A DNA stretch of 64,000 nt, taken from contig NC_087251.1 of assembly GCF_037042905.1 (NCBI RefSeq), forward strand, positions 27,468,001 to 27,532,000, given 5' to 3'. Source of the DNA: Lytechinus pictus. Its lineage: Eukaryota. The notes below the pieces were generated by a model that was not told the DNA's origin, made no database searches, and saw only the letters and a list, made by a program, of their open reading frames with translations. The position numbers were made by a program, and so were the translations under genes. This document shows, in pieces, positions 50,865 to 63,450 of the stretch; positions within the stretch are counted from its first letter, which is position 1, and the number at the start of each line of letters is the position of its first letter.

Positions 50865-52524
50865 CAGGGACTCGGTTTTATAATTATAAGGGGAGCAATA
50901 AAAAGCTCTCCTAGAACTTTTAAGGAGAGCGGTAGAGGAGCACTTCAAAAAGCTCTTCTTCAACATACAAGGGGAGCTTTTTGCCCAATTAACAAAATGG
51001 ATGGAGGAAATGTATGTACTATACAATTACAATCAACAACCAAAGGAAGTATTTATAATTGTTTTACAATGTATTGTAATTAGATTGTGTGTTGTAAAAC
51101 CTGTTTTAGTTAGGTTTTGACTTTGGCTAAAAGTTAAGTCACTGACAATTTTTTTTTTTTTTTTTCGGGGGCTCCATTTTAATTTTTTTGTCAAATTTCG
51201 GGGGCTCTTTTTAAATGCTACTTTTTTGTATTTTGAGGAATACCTGTTCACTTATTAAGGAATTATTACTTTTTGTTTAATATTAAATATTGTATGATTT
51301 TTAAAGTTATTTATCATGTTTAGAATCTTGGATGTGGGTGTGTGTGGATGGGTGGGTGTGTGTGGGTGTGTGCGTGTGTGTGTGACTGTGAGTTGGACTT
51401 GGATATAAATGAATTCAATATCTAATTTCTACTCCATTTATTCAAGTACAATACCCTAGTCAGCCATGTACATGTATTAAAGGCCCATCACATACCCTAA
51501 CTTTTCCTGAAGTTCTTTGAAAACGCAGATCTCCATGAAAATTTAATTTCTCTATGGGGGAGTCTAAATTTGGTGAGAATGTATTCATTAAGAACTTAAA
51601 TATATACATGACAATGAAGAAATCATCAAACTTTATTGGCAGTTTTGAATAATATTCCTGAAATGTAAACTCTGTCTGAAACAGAAAATCACCATCATTG
51701 AGGCCTTTACTGAGCGAATTGTCCCCCAGAGCTCTGGCAGAGAGACAGAGCTCCAACTGGCTAGCTAGTAAAAGCGCCAATGCGTGAGCCTGCCGCCGTC
51801 CTTGTAAAAAAGATGGAGCTTTGTTTGATGATTTATTGTCTGATATAATACCTCATCCCCTAGAAAAAGAAAACAAATGATTTTTTAGTTATAATTGATA
51901 AATTAGATAACTTATTTTGGAAGTTAATAAGCCGTTTTGAAAAGCAAAGCCGAATGACAACTCACCAATGCTAGGTTACTAGACTCTGGGATTTATTTCC
52001 TGTGTAATTCGAATTATTTTATCACAGAATTGTGATATCTGTAGGGGAAACATGTGCATTCAAAATGGCACACGGTGGTAGTCATAATGGACCCCTATAC
52101 ATGCAACTCTTTCCCGACCGTTGCGTTGATTTTTTTTTCCATACCTGGTACCATGTGTATGGAAATACGTGGTACAGAAAAAATAACGCAACTTCGGAAT
52201 TTGAAACTGCGCTACTCGCTACTTTTAAGGCTTATTCGTGATTTTGAGTGTGGATTTTGGATGGTTTTTAAATGGTAAGCGGAGCTCGAGCCTATGGCAC
52301 TAGTGGGCCGTTGAGTTGTTATCACTCGGCAATAATTTCGGGGGCGACATTCAGATTTTATGTCGCCCCCGAAAGCATGATTTTGGGTGATTTCGAGGGC
52401 GACTTTAGGCATTTTCGCGCAGGTCAGCTATCGCGAGGCGCGCTATAAATCGCGCTACCAAAAATGGATTAAGGCGCGCATGTAGCGCGCGATCGCTCTC
52501 GCGCGCCTTAAAATCGAGTCCCTG
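50865..52524 (-). mobile_element. 1.66-kb non-autonomous DNA transposon, 16-bp TIR, perfect 6-bp target duplication (hAT6/hATx-like by TSD length)
   Basis: GATAAT|CAGGGACTCGGTTTTA...TAAAATCGAGTCCCTG|GATAAT (TIR 15/16 match). GC/CpG-rich subterminal region at 52270-52510 and an internal (GT)n tract at ~51333-51384. Confidence 0.8.
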
Positions 52525-53433
52525 GATAATTCAATTTTAAAAAAGAAAATAGAATAATCGATACCAACATTTGCAAATTGATGTTTGAATTTTTTTAAAT
52601 TGACTTACTCAAACATTTTGAATAGATCAGTCACAAATTAGTGACTGGTGTCAATAAAGCATTTACAAAATAGAATCTAATAACTTGGACTATCATTAGC
52701 ATGGTTATAAATTCCAGTCAGTCTAGCCATTGTGAGGCACTGCCAATGCTGGGAAAATATCATGAATTATGATGATTCAGTAAAAATAAAGTAGCATTTC
52801 AAAACGAGAAAACATAAACATGTATTTTTAAAAATATAACCTCTAATAATTGATTTCATATCCTCCCAATGATCTTTAGAGATGAACTTCACTCTAATTT
52901 TGTGCAATAAGTGTCCCTATAAGCTTAAAGTCCAGCTTTAAACAAACAATATGACAGTTCAAAATTGATGAGTACATGCTGGCCAAACAATTGGCCATTC
53001 AATGTTATCCAATTGATATCAAATAGTTACTTTGATCAGATAAGTTACTGTTCATCAGCTGCCTGCAGCTGCTTTGACTTCAACATCTCAAGTAGGACCC
53101 AGTGCTGAAATTGTCGAGACTCAACTTATGGCACTGGTGACTTAATAGTTATTATTTTTTTTCCATTAATTTATGCATCTTTGGTAACTCCTAATGAATG
53201 ACAACTTGTCAATCTCAGGGTGGATCATGAATCAAAGCCAAAGACTTAAAATTGACTGAAGCAAGATGAAAAATAAAATCCTTTACCTTAAGATAGTAAA
53301 GGCAAATGCCATCTATCAGCACAATAATTAAGAAAAAAATGGAATTTTGGAAGTCTGATCTGAATCAAGAACACACCACCAAAGGAAGCACCATTAAACT
53401 CTGTAGGACATAATCATAAAGCAGTTCACCATC

Positions 53434-53739
53434 CTACATTCCAATTGGAGGGAGAGCTGGCACTGTATCATGTCTGAGTCCGGCACTGGGCACATCAGTC
53501 GGCACGATCTTTCCCTCTTGCTTTCCCCCGACCTTCCCAGCGATGGGCTTCAGGGGTCGGTATTGACTGGGGAACTGCGCCTCCCGGACGGCTCGGTTAG
53601 GCTCGTGGGTGAGGTCATGCATCATGATGTTGCGCATGCCCTCGCTGCCCCGCCCTGGGAGTCTTGGTCTTGAGGGGACATCCTTGGTGTCTGGTTGTGA
53701 GGTGGGGTGGAAGACGTCCCATACAAAGTTTCCATGGAG
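53434..53739 (-). CDS. CIMIP6: CIMIP6-like exon 4
   Basis: Acceptor tgttctcag|; reads LHGNFVWDVFHP...ALPPIGM*. Confidence 0.85.
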   Translation of the reverse strand, partial: LHGNFVWDVFHPTSQPDTKDVPSRPRLPGRGSEGMRNIMMHDLTHEPNRAVREAQFPSQYRPLKPIAGKVGGKQEGKIVPTDVPSAGLRHDTVPALPPIGM

Positions 53740-55860
53740 CTGAGAACATAGAAGAAAACAATGGGAATAAACCGCTTGAGTACTTAATTGTCCACTTCTT
53801 GTGATTAATAGAGGAACTGTCCACTTTATGCAGCATAATGATACCAAACGGTGTTTAGTGCACATTTTTTTTTGGGGGGGGGGTGGATCAGTGATGTAAA
53901 ATACAACTAGAAGCTATACTGCGAAGCTTTTTGAAACTTGGAAGAAAACATTTATTTCCATCTGAATGGTTTTAGATTCCTCATACTATCGTATTTATGA
54001 AAACTGAAGAAAAAAAGGTAAAATGCATATTACATGCCCCTTGACCATTAGCCATTAATTTATGTAGCCTTGAAGAAAGAACTTACTATCTTCTAGCCCT
54101 GAAAAATGTGATATGTTATGTTTACAGAGGAGCTTTTAAATTCCCATTCTTTAGGACAAACACACTACAAGTATTGCCTGTCTGTTCCTATCATTGCATT
54201 TTATCAGATTATCCTTTCTATACATACCTTGCCCCTCTGTTGTAGGTTGTTTGTTTTACGGCTGTCATAACCATGCTGATATGAGATTCGCTCCATCAGA
54301 AGTCTAGGTCCGGTCGGGTTTGCTAATTGTGTTACAGGAACTGAAACAGCAAAAAAAAATTTGTATTAATTCCAATGATGATTTTGTAAATGAAGAAGAT
54401 AACAGGAGTATTGTTAATTGTAGTGATTCATAGAGAATTGCGTCAATCTCCTGTCAAATGATTAGGTATTTTTAAAACTGAAAGTTATCATAATATGAAA
54501 AGATATTCACCATGAATAGTGTTCAACAGGGTTTTGCTTGTTCAAATAGCAAGAATGTGGAGGGAAGAGGATGGGGGCATGTTGGTTTTAAAAGGTTAGC
54601 CTACAAGGAAAGCAACAAGGGCTGGGGCATTCTCCTCAGATAATAAGTTACGTTAAAAGTATTTAACTCACCTGGTCCATGTGCAGGCATGGTGTTTGGG
54701 TTACTACCGTGTCTCGTTTGTCCCTGAGGTCTATTCTTATACGTCTTGTAATCACTCCTGCTTATGGTGTCCTTGGTGTAAACCGGGTTCTTATTGGTGT
54801 TTGGGTTCTCCCTGGAAGGCCACCAGTGAGCATCGTTAGGGTTGACCTTTGTCTTGACATCACAGATGGGGTCATGAAGGGTCGCACAGTCCTGGATGAG
54901 AAAGCCGACACCCTCAGGGTGGGGTTTGTTGTGTCTGGTGGCCGAACTTAACCTCGGTTGGGGTTGGGAAGGATGCTTCTCTCCCTTGAATGTCCTGGCA
55001 TAGTGTGAGCCGTTGTACATGCCACGGGTGTTCTTCTCATCGTAGTTTCCAAAGACTCTGTTTGTGGAGTTTAGGCTGTAAAATTACAGATGGAGAGAGG
55101 ATTAGGGACTTGATAAGATCTAGATTTACCTTACCATTTCATGATCTTTTCCCTTTAGACAAATGACTTTGTGTCCCCCGTTATACTCCATTAAATTGAT
55201 TTCATCTCATGGAAGAACCAAACATATTTAGGATGGTTACCCTACTGTTATGTCAGTACTCATACAATGTAATGTTAGTATGAAGGGGGGGGGGGTATGT
55301 CTGCGCAGTGCGCACCTAAAAATTTAATTCAAATTTAAACATGAATTTATTTAAATTCAACAAACACAATTAAATGTACCTTATATTCTTATGAGTAAGT
55401 GTACAAAAAATCTCATTAAAAAAATTTGAAAGAAATATTTTTAATTTCATGTAGGCCTAGGGCCTAGATTGTAAAAGTATCGGAGAGTCATTTCCAGATT
55501 GAACCAAAAAAATAGTGCTCCACAGCACAGGCCATGTCTTTAAACACAAGATTTCGATAAGAAAATGCTGTTTTTTGAGGCTGTCACATTAAATGCCTGA
55601 AATTCAATATTTTTCCACCATGTTGAGACAGTAGGTCTCGTCTGAATAACACAGTATGCATATTGACATGTTTCCCACACATAAATTGCCCTGCTTGGTT
55701 TCCTGCCTAACTTTACCGTACTCAGACTCAGTCAAGTCTCAAGTTTCGCGGTTTTTTTATTCTAAAGACAAAGTAGGCCTAACTCTTTCTGAACTTACCC
55801 ATGCGGTGGTGCCTTCTCTGCTCTCGCTTTCGTCTGCATCGGCGGCATGTAGGTTGTCAT
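53434..55860 (-). CDS. CIMIP6: C2orf73/CIMIP6-like ciliary microtubule inner protein, 294 aa; complement(join(53434..53739,54228..54340,54672..55075,55799..55860))
   Basis: Four GT-AG exons join in frame (885 nt). The motif order FL..D.ATLHDPI...WWP...PVYTKDTISRSDY...GPVP...ERISYQHGYDSRK...RGKLHGNFV matches what I recall of vertebrate C2orf73 (FI.TNA.TYNEP...WW...PPYDSKSTQRSDF...GIVP...EYISFIHQYDARK...GKRHGAFV). Recognised from memory, not searched. Confidence 0.85.
54228..54340 (-). CDS. CIMIP6: CIMIP6-like exon 3 (not in the ORF track)
   Basis: Acceptor gctgtttcag|; reads VPVTQLANPTGPRLLMERISYQHGYDSRKTNNLQQRGK; donor AAG|gtatgt. Confidence 0.88.
54672..55075 (-). CDS. CIMIP6: CIMIP6-like exon 2
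   Basis: Acceptor aattttacag|; reads LNSTNRVFGNY...ATRHNKPHP...HWWP...MPAHGP; donor G|gtgagt. Confidence 0.88.
55799..55860 (-). CDS. CIMIP6: CIMIP6-like coding exon 1
   Basis: atcATG; reads MTTYMPPMQTKARAEKAPPHG; donor GG|gtaagt; phase 2 matches exon 2. Confidence 0.78.
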
Positions 55861-55984
55861 GATTTCCAGTGAATTTCAAATGGATTATGGATATCAGATA
55901 ATAATGCGGCTACCAAATTTGCCTCAGTCTGTAACAAGTTCCGTACCAGTGCAAGTGATCTCAACTTCAAGCCTATACGGCCGG

Positions 55985-56095
55985 CCGGGTTATAATACCG
56001 AGCAGCGCTGCATGCGTTGACTACCGGGATGCACTCCGTTGACTACCGCTTCTGACGTGGGTCGTGCATTCACTGTCTGTCGCCAGGCGATTGTC
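55985..56095 (-). promoter_or_regulatory. Probable promoter of the CIMIP6-like gene with an X-box-like site
   Basis: CpG-rich patch; TATTATAA on the minus strand at ~55990-55997; GTCGCCAGGCGAT (56079-56091) resembles an RFX X-box; gttgactaccg occurs twice; half-CRE tgacgt. Confidence 0.45.
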
Positions 56096-57326
56096 AACAA
56101 TGCATCAATCGATACGGTCTTTGTACAAGTCGCTATTGTTTCGCTCTGTGCCTTAAACCCTGATAATAACAATTAAGTACCCAAAGGTAAATGAGAATAA
56201 TGCTCTAAAAGAATTATTGGAAAGATATTTAAAATCTATAGTTGAATAATGGAGCTCAACAAGACAATAACATCGCAAAAACATTTTTTTAATGATTCAT
56301 GAGGAAAGGCTTCTGTCAAGGCTACAGAAACTCCGGGATGTCTTCAGGTCAAATTTCGCATTACCGTCATGTCATGCATGCAGTTGAATTCAAACACAAA
56401 CTATAAAGATATCTTTATTAATATGAGAGAGATATTAATTTTCCATCTACAAATAATATGTGTCTGGTGATTGAATGAATGCACAACTGAAAATAAAGCC
56501 AAGATGAATCTTTCTGAGAGAGAAAAAACTATAAAAGAATTAATAGCGGACTCGAACGATGTCCCTGGTGATTTAGATTGGGTAAAAGTTCATATTTGTT
56601 CAATATACTCGATTACGTCTTTTTTTTAAGGGATTTCATGAAACTATTGCGTTGAATGATTTTCTATTCAAGATTAAGAGAAAGGAATCGTCAGCTAAGA
56701 AATTATGATAAAGAAATTGAGACTGTGATACATTGTTTTTGTGATTGTGAATTTGTAGTCAGATTGTGGCACGAGCTTTTGCCAATAATCCCGGCTTGAA
56801 AGAAGACTCCAATAATTATTTTTATCTTAAATAACTTTGAAAATATTTGGAGTACCATCTCACAAATTTCTGACTTATTCAATTTTATCTCTCAAGTATT
56901 TCATCTACAGCTGTAAATTTCAAAACATTAAGCCAACCATAAATTTTTTTTAAACATAGTTACATGGGAAAACAAGGGGAAATAAATGTATTATCTTGCT
57001 AAAAAGAAAGGAGAACTCCATATCCGTTTGAAGAAATTGAAATTTGACTTATAAACCATTTTGAATCGTTTATAAATGTCCATTATTGTAAATTGTATAA
57101 ATGTCAAGCTTTAAGACTCTCCACCACAGCTCATTTTAAAAATCTTTATTATGTAGGTACCATTACTATTGTATTGTTATTGATATTCATATTATAGTAT
57201 TGTATTGAATGCTATTGATTGTGTTTATTTGCTTGTCATTATGCTGATCATTAAATCAATAAAACACTCAACTTTTTAGTAGCGGACTTAACAGAAACTG
57301 GCCTATATTGCTGTTTATCGGGCCTA

Positions 57327-57506
57327 CACAGAAAAAATATATAACACCGTTTAAACCCGTCACTCAAACAAGAATTTGTTTAGATTTTTACACAATGTTT
57401 AAACTTTTTTTGAAATTAAACAACTTGTTTCAAACATTAAACAATTGATGTTAGAGTGACGAGCTTAAACAACGTGCTTGAAATTTTAAACAGCGTTTTT
57501 ACAGTG
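57327..57506. mobile_element. Small palindromic MITE with TA flanks
   Basis: TA|CACAGAAAAAA...TTTTTACAGTG|TA; internal cgtcactc/gagtgacg pair; sister copy at 17710-17887. Confidence 0.75.
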
Positions 57507-60500
57507 TATATACTGCATGCTATGGTCTGTCAAAAATATAGTTGAAAATAGATATCTTGAATTTTACCATCAAATGAAAACGTTTTCTAATCCAGATCAA
57601 TCATCAATAACTAAAATTGTATTGTACATATTTAATTTTTGTGCCATATACTGTGTTAAATATTCAATTATGTATTGTCGAAAAATATGTATTATAATGA
57701 TTTCAATAAAGGAACTCTGTGGAAGGGTTGAAAAGGAAAAAAAAAGCAAATCAATAACTAAAATCCTTATGTTGCAATGGTTCTGGTTGGAGCTAAGTTT
57801 GCTAATAGTGACTTTGCACTAAGATAAGTATCTAAAGATATATACATACTGAAATCTGAAAGATATAAATTGAACGACAATGACGAGTCACGATGACTAG
57901 CATAATGCTCAGGAATTGTTTATTTATATATAATTTATCGACCGAAAATATGATTTAAAAGTATAAAAAGGCTTATCATATTCCTTTCTAAACTCAACAG
58001 AAATAAAAACTAACCATGGCCATAGATCAATTTGCATATGCTTTTCTTGAAAAGTCACATTTTCATTTCTTTAAAGAAGTTGAAGTCCCAACGTCCAATG
58101 AACGTGCAGTCGGTATAAAACAAGGCAGTTTCTATACATCCCACCGATTGAGCATTAACAATAAATTATGTAATTTTGTGCAGGGGCCACTGAACGGTTT
58201 TGAAAGGCGCCCGGGGGGGGGGGTGACCATGCAAAACTCGGGATAGCAGAATCATGTTTATGTTTTTGGATATTATTGAAAGAAAAAGTGGAGGCTGAAA
58301 CACCTGTAACCAGCCACCATGGTTCTGTGACCCCTCTTTATTATTCATTTAGTTATATATATTTATTTTCTGTATATTTATTTATTTATTCATTTACTTA
58401 TTTATATATTTTTATTTCATACATTGCAGACTTATAATTCTTCAAAAAGATGCCCATTATAACAACATCACGGATCATGAGCAGTGTTACCAGTAGTAAA
58501 AACCGGCCTTACAAATCTTAATCTAATATAGATTTGATTCTTGTATTTATTTGTTGAATTATTCTTAAATTCACAATTATCCATCGAGATATATTCTATT
58601 TTGTACTATTAGGTTAGTATATTTATCTACTGTATATTGAAATGTGTAATGTGAAATGTATAGAATATTAACTCACTGTTCAACTTACACAAAGTTGTAT
58701 ACCGCCATCACCCGGCAAAGGTGACCTAAGTTACACACGCCTGTTGAAGATATCGTTCAGCGTCGCGTCAAAAGAGTTCAAGTCCATTTATTGCTCATGA
58801 CCAAGAGATCAACAGACAAAGATAGCTAAAAATCAACAATGTGTTACAATCTACATAAAATTAATAAAACAAAGTTCGAAATGTTATATGGCTTAAAAGG
58901 AAAAACCTCGCGGGGGGGGGGGGGGTGGGCAACCCACCGGGCAACCCATAACAAAAGAAATATACCGTAAAATCACATGAGAGTCTTACCAAACGAGGGG
59001 TGATCCTGGACGGACACGCTTGTCCTGGCTAACTGGCGCCCTGATTAAATAATGATACCCTTCTGTGAAAGCTACTGTATCAATGGCACTGGACGTGATA
59101 TGATGCGATACATTAGGATTGATCGTATTCCATTCATGTTGTCCAAAGAAATATTAGAAAAGGCACTTGTAAATATTTGTAGTATTTTTTTTAATCAAGT
59201 GGGGGGGGGGGGGTGAGATACTGTGGGCTCACTATAAAACCAAGAAAGCTCCTTGATAAAACACTGTACCGTTTTTTTGTTATGTGTACACAACAGCGAA
59301 TGCAGATATTGGACGTGTATACAGTCCAACATTGATATTCACATAATGCTTTTGCACAAACGTAATCAATGTAATACACACAATCAAATCCTTAGCAATA
59401 AAACCAATTGAGATTGAATGCAATCGGAGTGCGACCGAAAAACATATATCTCGACACAGCTGTATCGTGCTTTCAAAATTAAATAAGAAAAAAAATCATA
59501 AATAGAAAAGGCAAATATCTCGAAATTCATATCTGTCCAAATGTCATCTATATCTGAGGATGAGATAGAAGAGAACATTATTTATGACATGGATGGGGGG
59601 GGGGAGGGGGGGGGGGGTGGCGGAGAAAGAAGATACGTTTCTTCAGCACAATTGATTTAGATGTCCTGAGAACATAAAATCTTTTAATATTATAATCATT
59701 ATACGGTAGACCTATATATTGGGACAATGAGCACGTACTAAAATGAATGAAAAGGCAACAAAGCAATGTAGGCCTATGCAAAATTATAAAAGTAAGGATA
59801 ACATTTTTAGGATTTTTGTTAGATAACGTTTCCACCTGCGCATAATATTTTGATGGATTGAATGTTTCTCACAATGTTCACTTAATAAAACTGAAATGAA
59901 TGAAGCAAGCGAAATTGAAATAATTTGTAATGAAATTGCAATTTTATTCACGCTCATTAAACTCTTCTTATCAAGAATGTTGAGACATGGATGGAACCCG
60001 ATCAGAATAAAACGTATAGATTAAATATTATCATGATTAATAATCTACCAAATCTTGAATGTTATGAAGGAATAAATTCTCCATGAAAACAGACAATCAT
60101 ATATATTGATAGCATTAACATAACTAACGCGACCCGAATTGAAAACATTGCCCCAATTTAATGCCTACATTTCAAGGTTGGGGTGCACTGGGTGCACCCT
60201 CCCGCTGAGGCAGAGCGGTTCCGACATTGGCAAACAAAACGAAATTGTACCCCTTCTTCTGCTTTCAACAGCTGATTTTCCAAACTTTAGTTCCACCACC
60301 TCCCTAAGATGTGCACCTCCCCAAGATCAAATCAGTCTACGCCCTTGTATTTTATACCAAACTTACTTCTGATTACGCCCATGGTCATTGACATGTCACG
60401 AAATGCGGCCCCCATATTGAAGAATACTGAGGAAAATGTCATGATATCAAATGTTTTATTCTCCCAAGTGCATTCAGGACACAGAGAATAGGTTTCAGCA

Positions 60501-63279
60501 AAAATGCTTCTTTATTAAGGTCGGCTTTCAAATTTGCTTTGGATATCAAGAGCGAAACATCTGCGCAGATTGATTTTACCAAACAACCCAAGATTTTATG
60601 TCTTTATCGTTTTGCCTGTTGTGAAGATAAAATGGTAACCATCAGATTACAACAAAAGGTAGAGATGATATTAAAAAAGGCATGAGCTATGCATGGCTTT
60701 CATTTTGATCCTTAAAAAAACGAGGGTTCAATTTGTTGGCCTTGCAAAGGATATCTTTTCAAGAAGGGCGGGGGGGGGGGGTAAGTAAACCGATTTCGAA
60801 AAACATTAGGATCGCAAAGGCATTTAATGCATTATTTAAACAATTGAATATGAAGGGTCTAAATGGTGCACATCTTACGAAGACTGTATGTGAAAGATTT
60901 GCAATGGAAAATAGAGGTTTAACACTTTTTTTCGGGGAGGGGCGCTGTGGGAGGGGGCGGGCCCCCGCTGCGCACGACATTGGGAATTGCTCAATAATAC
61001 TGTAAGAAATAGGCCTCTTATTGTGCAGTTGTACTCACAGAAAACTTGTATTGAAATACTAAATAAAATTTGACCAACAAATTATTTAATTTCCTTGATA
61101 TGCGGTAGAGATCGAGTGAGGGTATACCATACAGAGGATGACAGATAAACAAAGCCTTTTCAATTATTTTTTTTTACTTCAAAATACAAAAAAAAAAGAT
61201 GTATTACAAAGACCACTTTTTTTTTCTCTCTCAATCAATGAATTGGCTTTTTTTTTGTTCCGCGCTAGCCCTCGATGGAGGAGCGGGGGGGGGGGGGGGA
61301 GGGAATGATACTTTCCAATAATATTATTTGAAATGAATTAACCGACTCTTTTCTCTAATTCAAACGTAGATTTCAACCTTCACATACCGTTACATTTATA
61401 TCTTTGCTTGCTCAATTATGAAAATGACGATAGTTCTGTTTGCAACCACATCAAGTAAATTAACCTTCACCAAATTATTCCTTGTATTGTCTGATTACAA
61501 CTATTAAAAAACGACATTTTTTTATTGCCGAAAGTTTCGAAATAGAAGAGTTGGGATGGAAAAGTGAGTCGAGATCACATGGTAATCTGACAAGCCATAA
61601 GAAGCGGGGGGGGGGGGGTGGAACAGAGGAGACAGTTGCTCCCTACTCCGATAAAAAATTACATCTCCATTTTTCTACAATACGAAAAAAAAAACGCACC
61701 AAAGGTGCTCACCAAAATCTTCACTTTTAAATCTTCAAAAAAATAAAAAATAAATAAACGTCTTCATGAATAAATAGCTAGGAACCATCACTCCCTCGTT
61801 TTAAATACCTTCTTGAACATTGTTTACTCTTCATAATTATTATTGCCCCCTTCAAAGAAATTCTGCTTATAGTCATACATGGATTTATCTAGCATCTGTC
61901 CATCTCTGAAGGAGTCTTTGCAGTCAGCTATTTTCTTCAAACGTTTTTTGTTTGTCTATGTTAATGAGATACAGAATGATATGTGCTACAGTTCAGACAC
62001 TGCGATCTTGTTTATGAAAGTAAATAACAGGCTTTAACTAAACGAAAATGCAATGCACAAGAAGAATATGCAAGGATTAGCTTAATCTAATAATTCATTC
62101 CCGTTAAACTGTGCTAACGGTGTTGAGAAAATAAGCCATACAACTGCTCGCTTAGATGGTCACATTATTAAAAATTGTTGATCCATTTATATTAGAAAGT
62201 ATAGTCTGTCCTTCTGAAGTCCTTGTTGCTGTTTCGTATAGTGTTTTGCTCATCAAGGCGTATCAAGTTAATGGTCTGGCTGATAATTATAAAGAGTCGT
62301 ATTCTGTTATAAAAAAAAGGAAGAACAAGAAGAAGAGGAAGAAGAAGAGAGAGAGGGAGAGAGAGGGGGGAAATGCCCTTCAAGTCTTCAAGGATATTTT
62401 CAAGAAAAAATACAGTACTTTTCTAGGAACATTATTTTCTAGACTGACTATCTTTTTTTTTTAATTTGAAAATATATAATGAGAATATCTCTTCGTCGTA
62501 AAAAACAACTATCAACAATTTCAAATAAGAACATGAAGAACAACAAGATTTAAAAATAGTCCATTGCCTCTTTTGGTTGACATACTCAACAAAAGATGAG
62601 CGTGTCGACTTGAGGCAATGGCCAATGGTCACCCCCACCATACAGTCACTTTTGTCATTAAATTAAAGAATAAGTCTCCTCTCATTCAAGTCAGCCATTA
62701 TCACGTTACATTCATTTCCTTTTATGATTTATCTAAAACTGCATTAGCTTTTTTAATGTATAGCCTTTTTAATGCATTTTACTATGTTTTTACCATGTAA
62801 TTTATTGTGCCAACACAAACTTGGAAATTTTCCAGCTCCGGCTGTTTTTTTTTTTTGCTTGTGCGATTGTTATTAACATGTTTGATCATCAATGAAGGCT
62901 ATTTTTTAATTGAATAGAATTGAGAATGATAATTTAAGTATCCGCCACATAAGCATTTATTATTATTATTTATTTATTATCTATTTATTTACCATACTTT
63001 ACTCCGACTTTACTTCAGGCAAGACGTTGGTGTTTGCGTTCCTCCTCTTGTACGTTATATTTCTTTCCCGCACTAAATATTGGATTGGAGCCCATTACAG
63101 AAAGAACTGAAATCACACAGCTTTAAAAAATGAACACACGTTTATTTTTAACCAATCACAAACGTCTATTTTGATTTATTAGTTGTGTTTCAACGAATAG
63201 GGAGTTTTCATAACCACCTGGCAGACGCTTTCTAGAACATTAAAAATATAGTATCAAAGGCCCTTCAATAACAAAGCAA

Positions 63280-63450
63280 CCTTTGTCGGAAGTCAGTTAA
63301 TCAAAACGGCATTGTCGTCTTGGATTCTGGACATCTGCTGTCCCGGTTCGTTAATTTTCGACAATGACCTCTAAGCCGTTCGTTATTTTGACGAGCATTT
63401 TCAATAGATTCTCAACGTTTCAGAAAGCGTCTGCGTATATAGCGGTTGCG
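63280..63450 (+). repeat. Dispersed repeat, copy 2 (homologous to 5805-6012)
   Basis: Same blocks as copy 1; also carries gga(c)atctgctgtcc.ggt.c, which matches the right arm of the 5519-5671 hairpin. Confidence 0.7.

Noticed and set aside
51460..51780. 106-aa minus-strand ORF inside the 6-bp-TSD element as a transposase fragment
   Set aside because: Non-ATG start and no DDE, BED-finger or hAT dimerisation motif recognisable.
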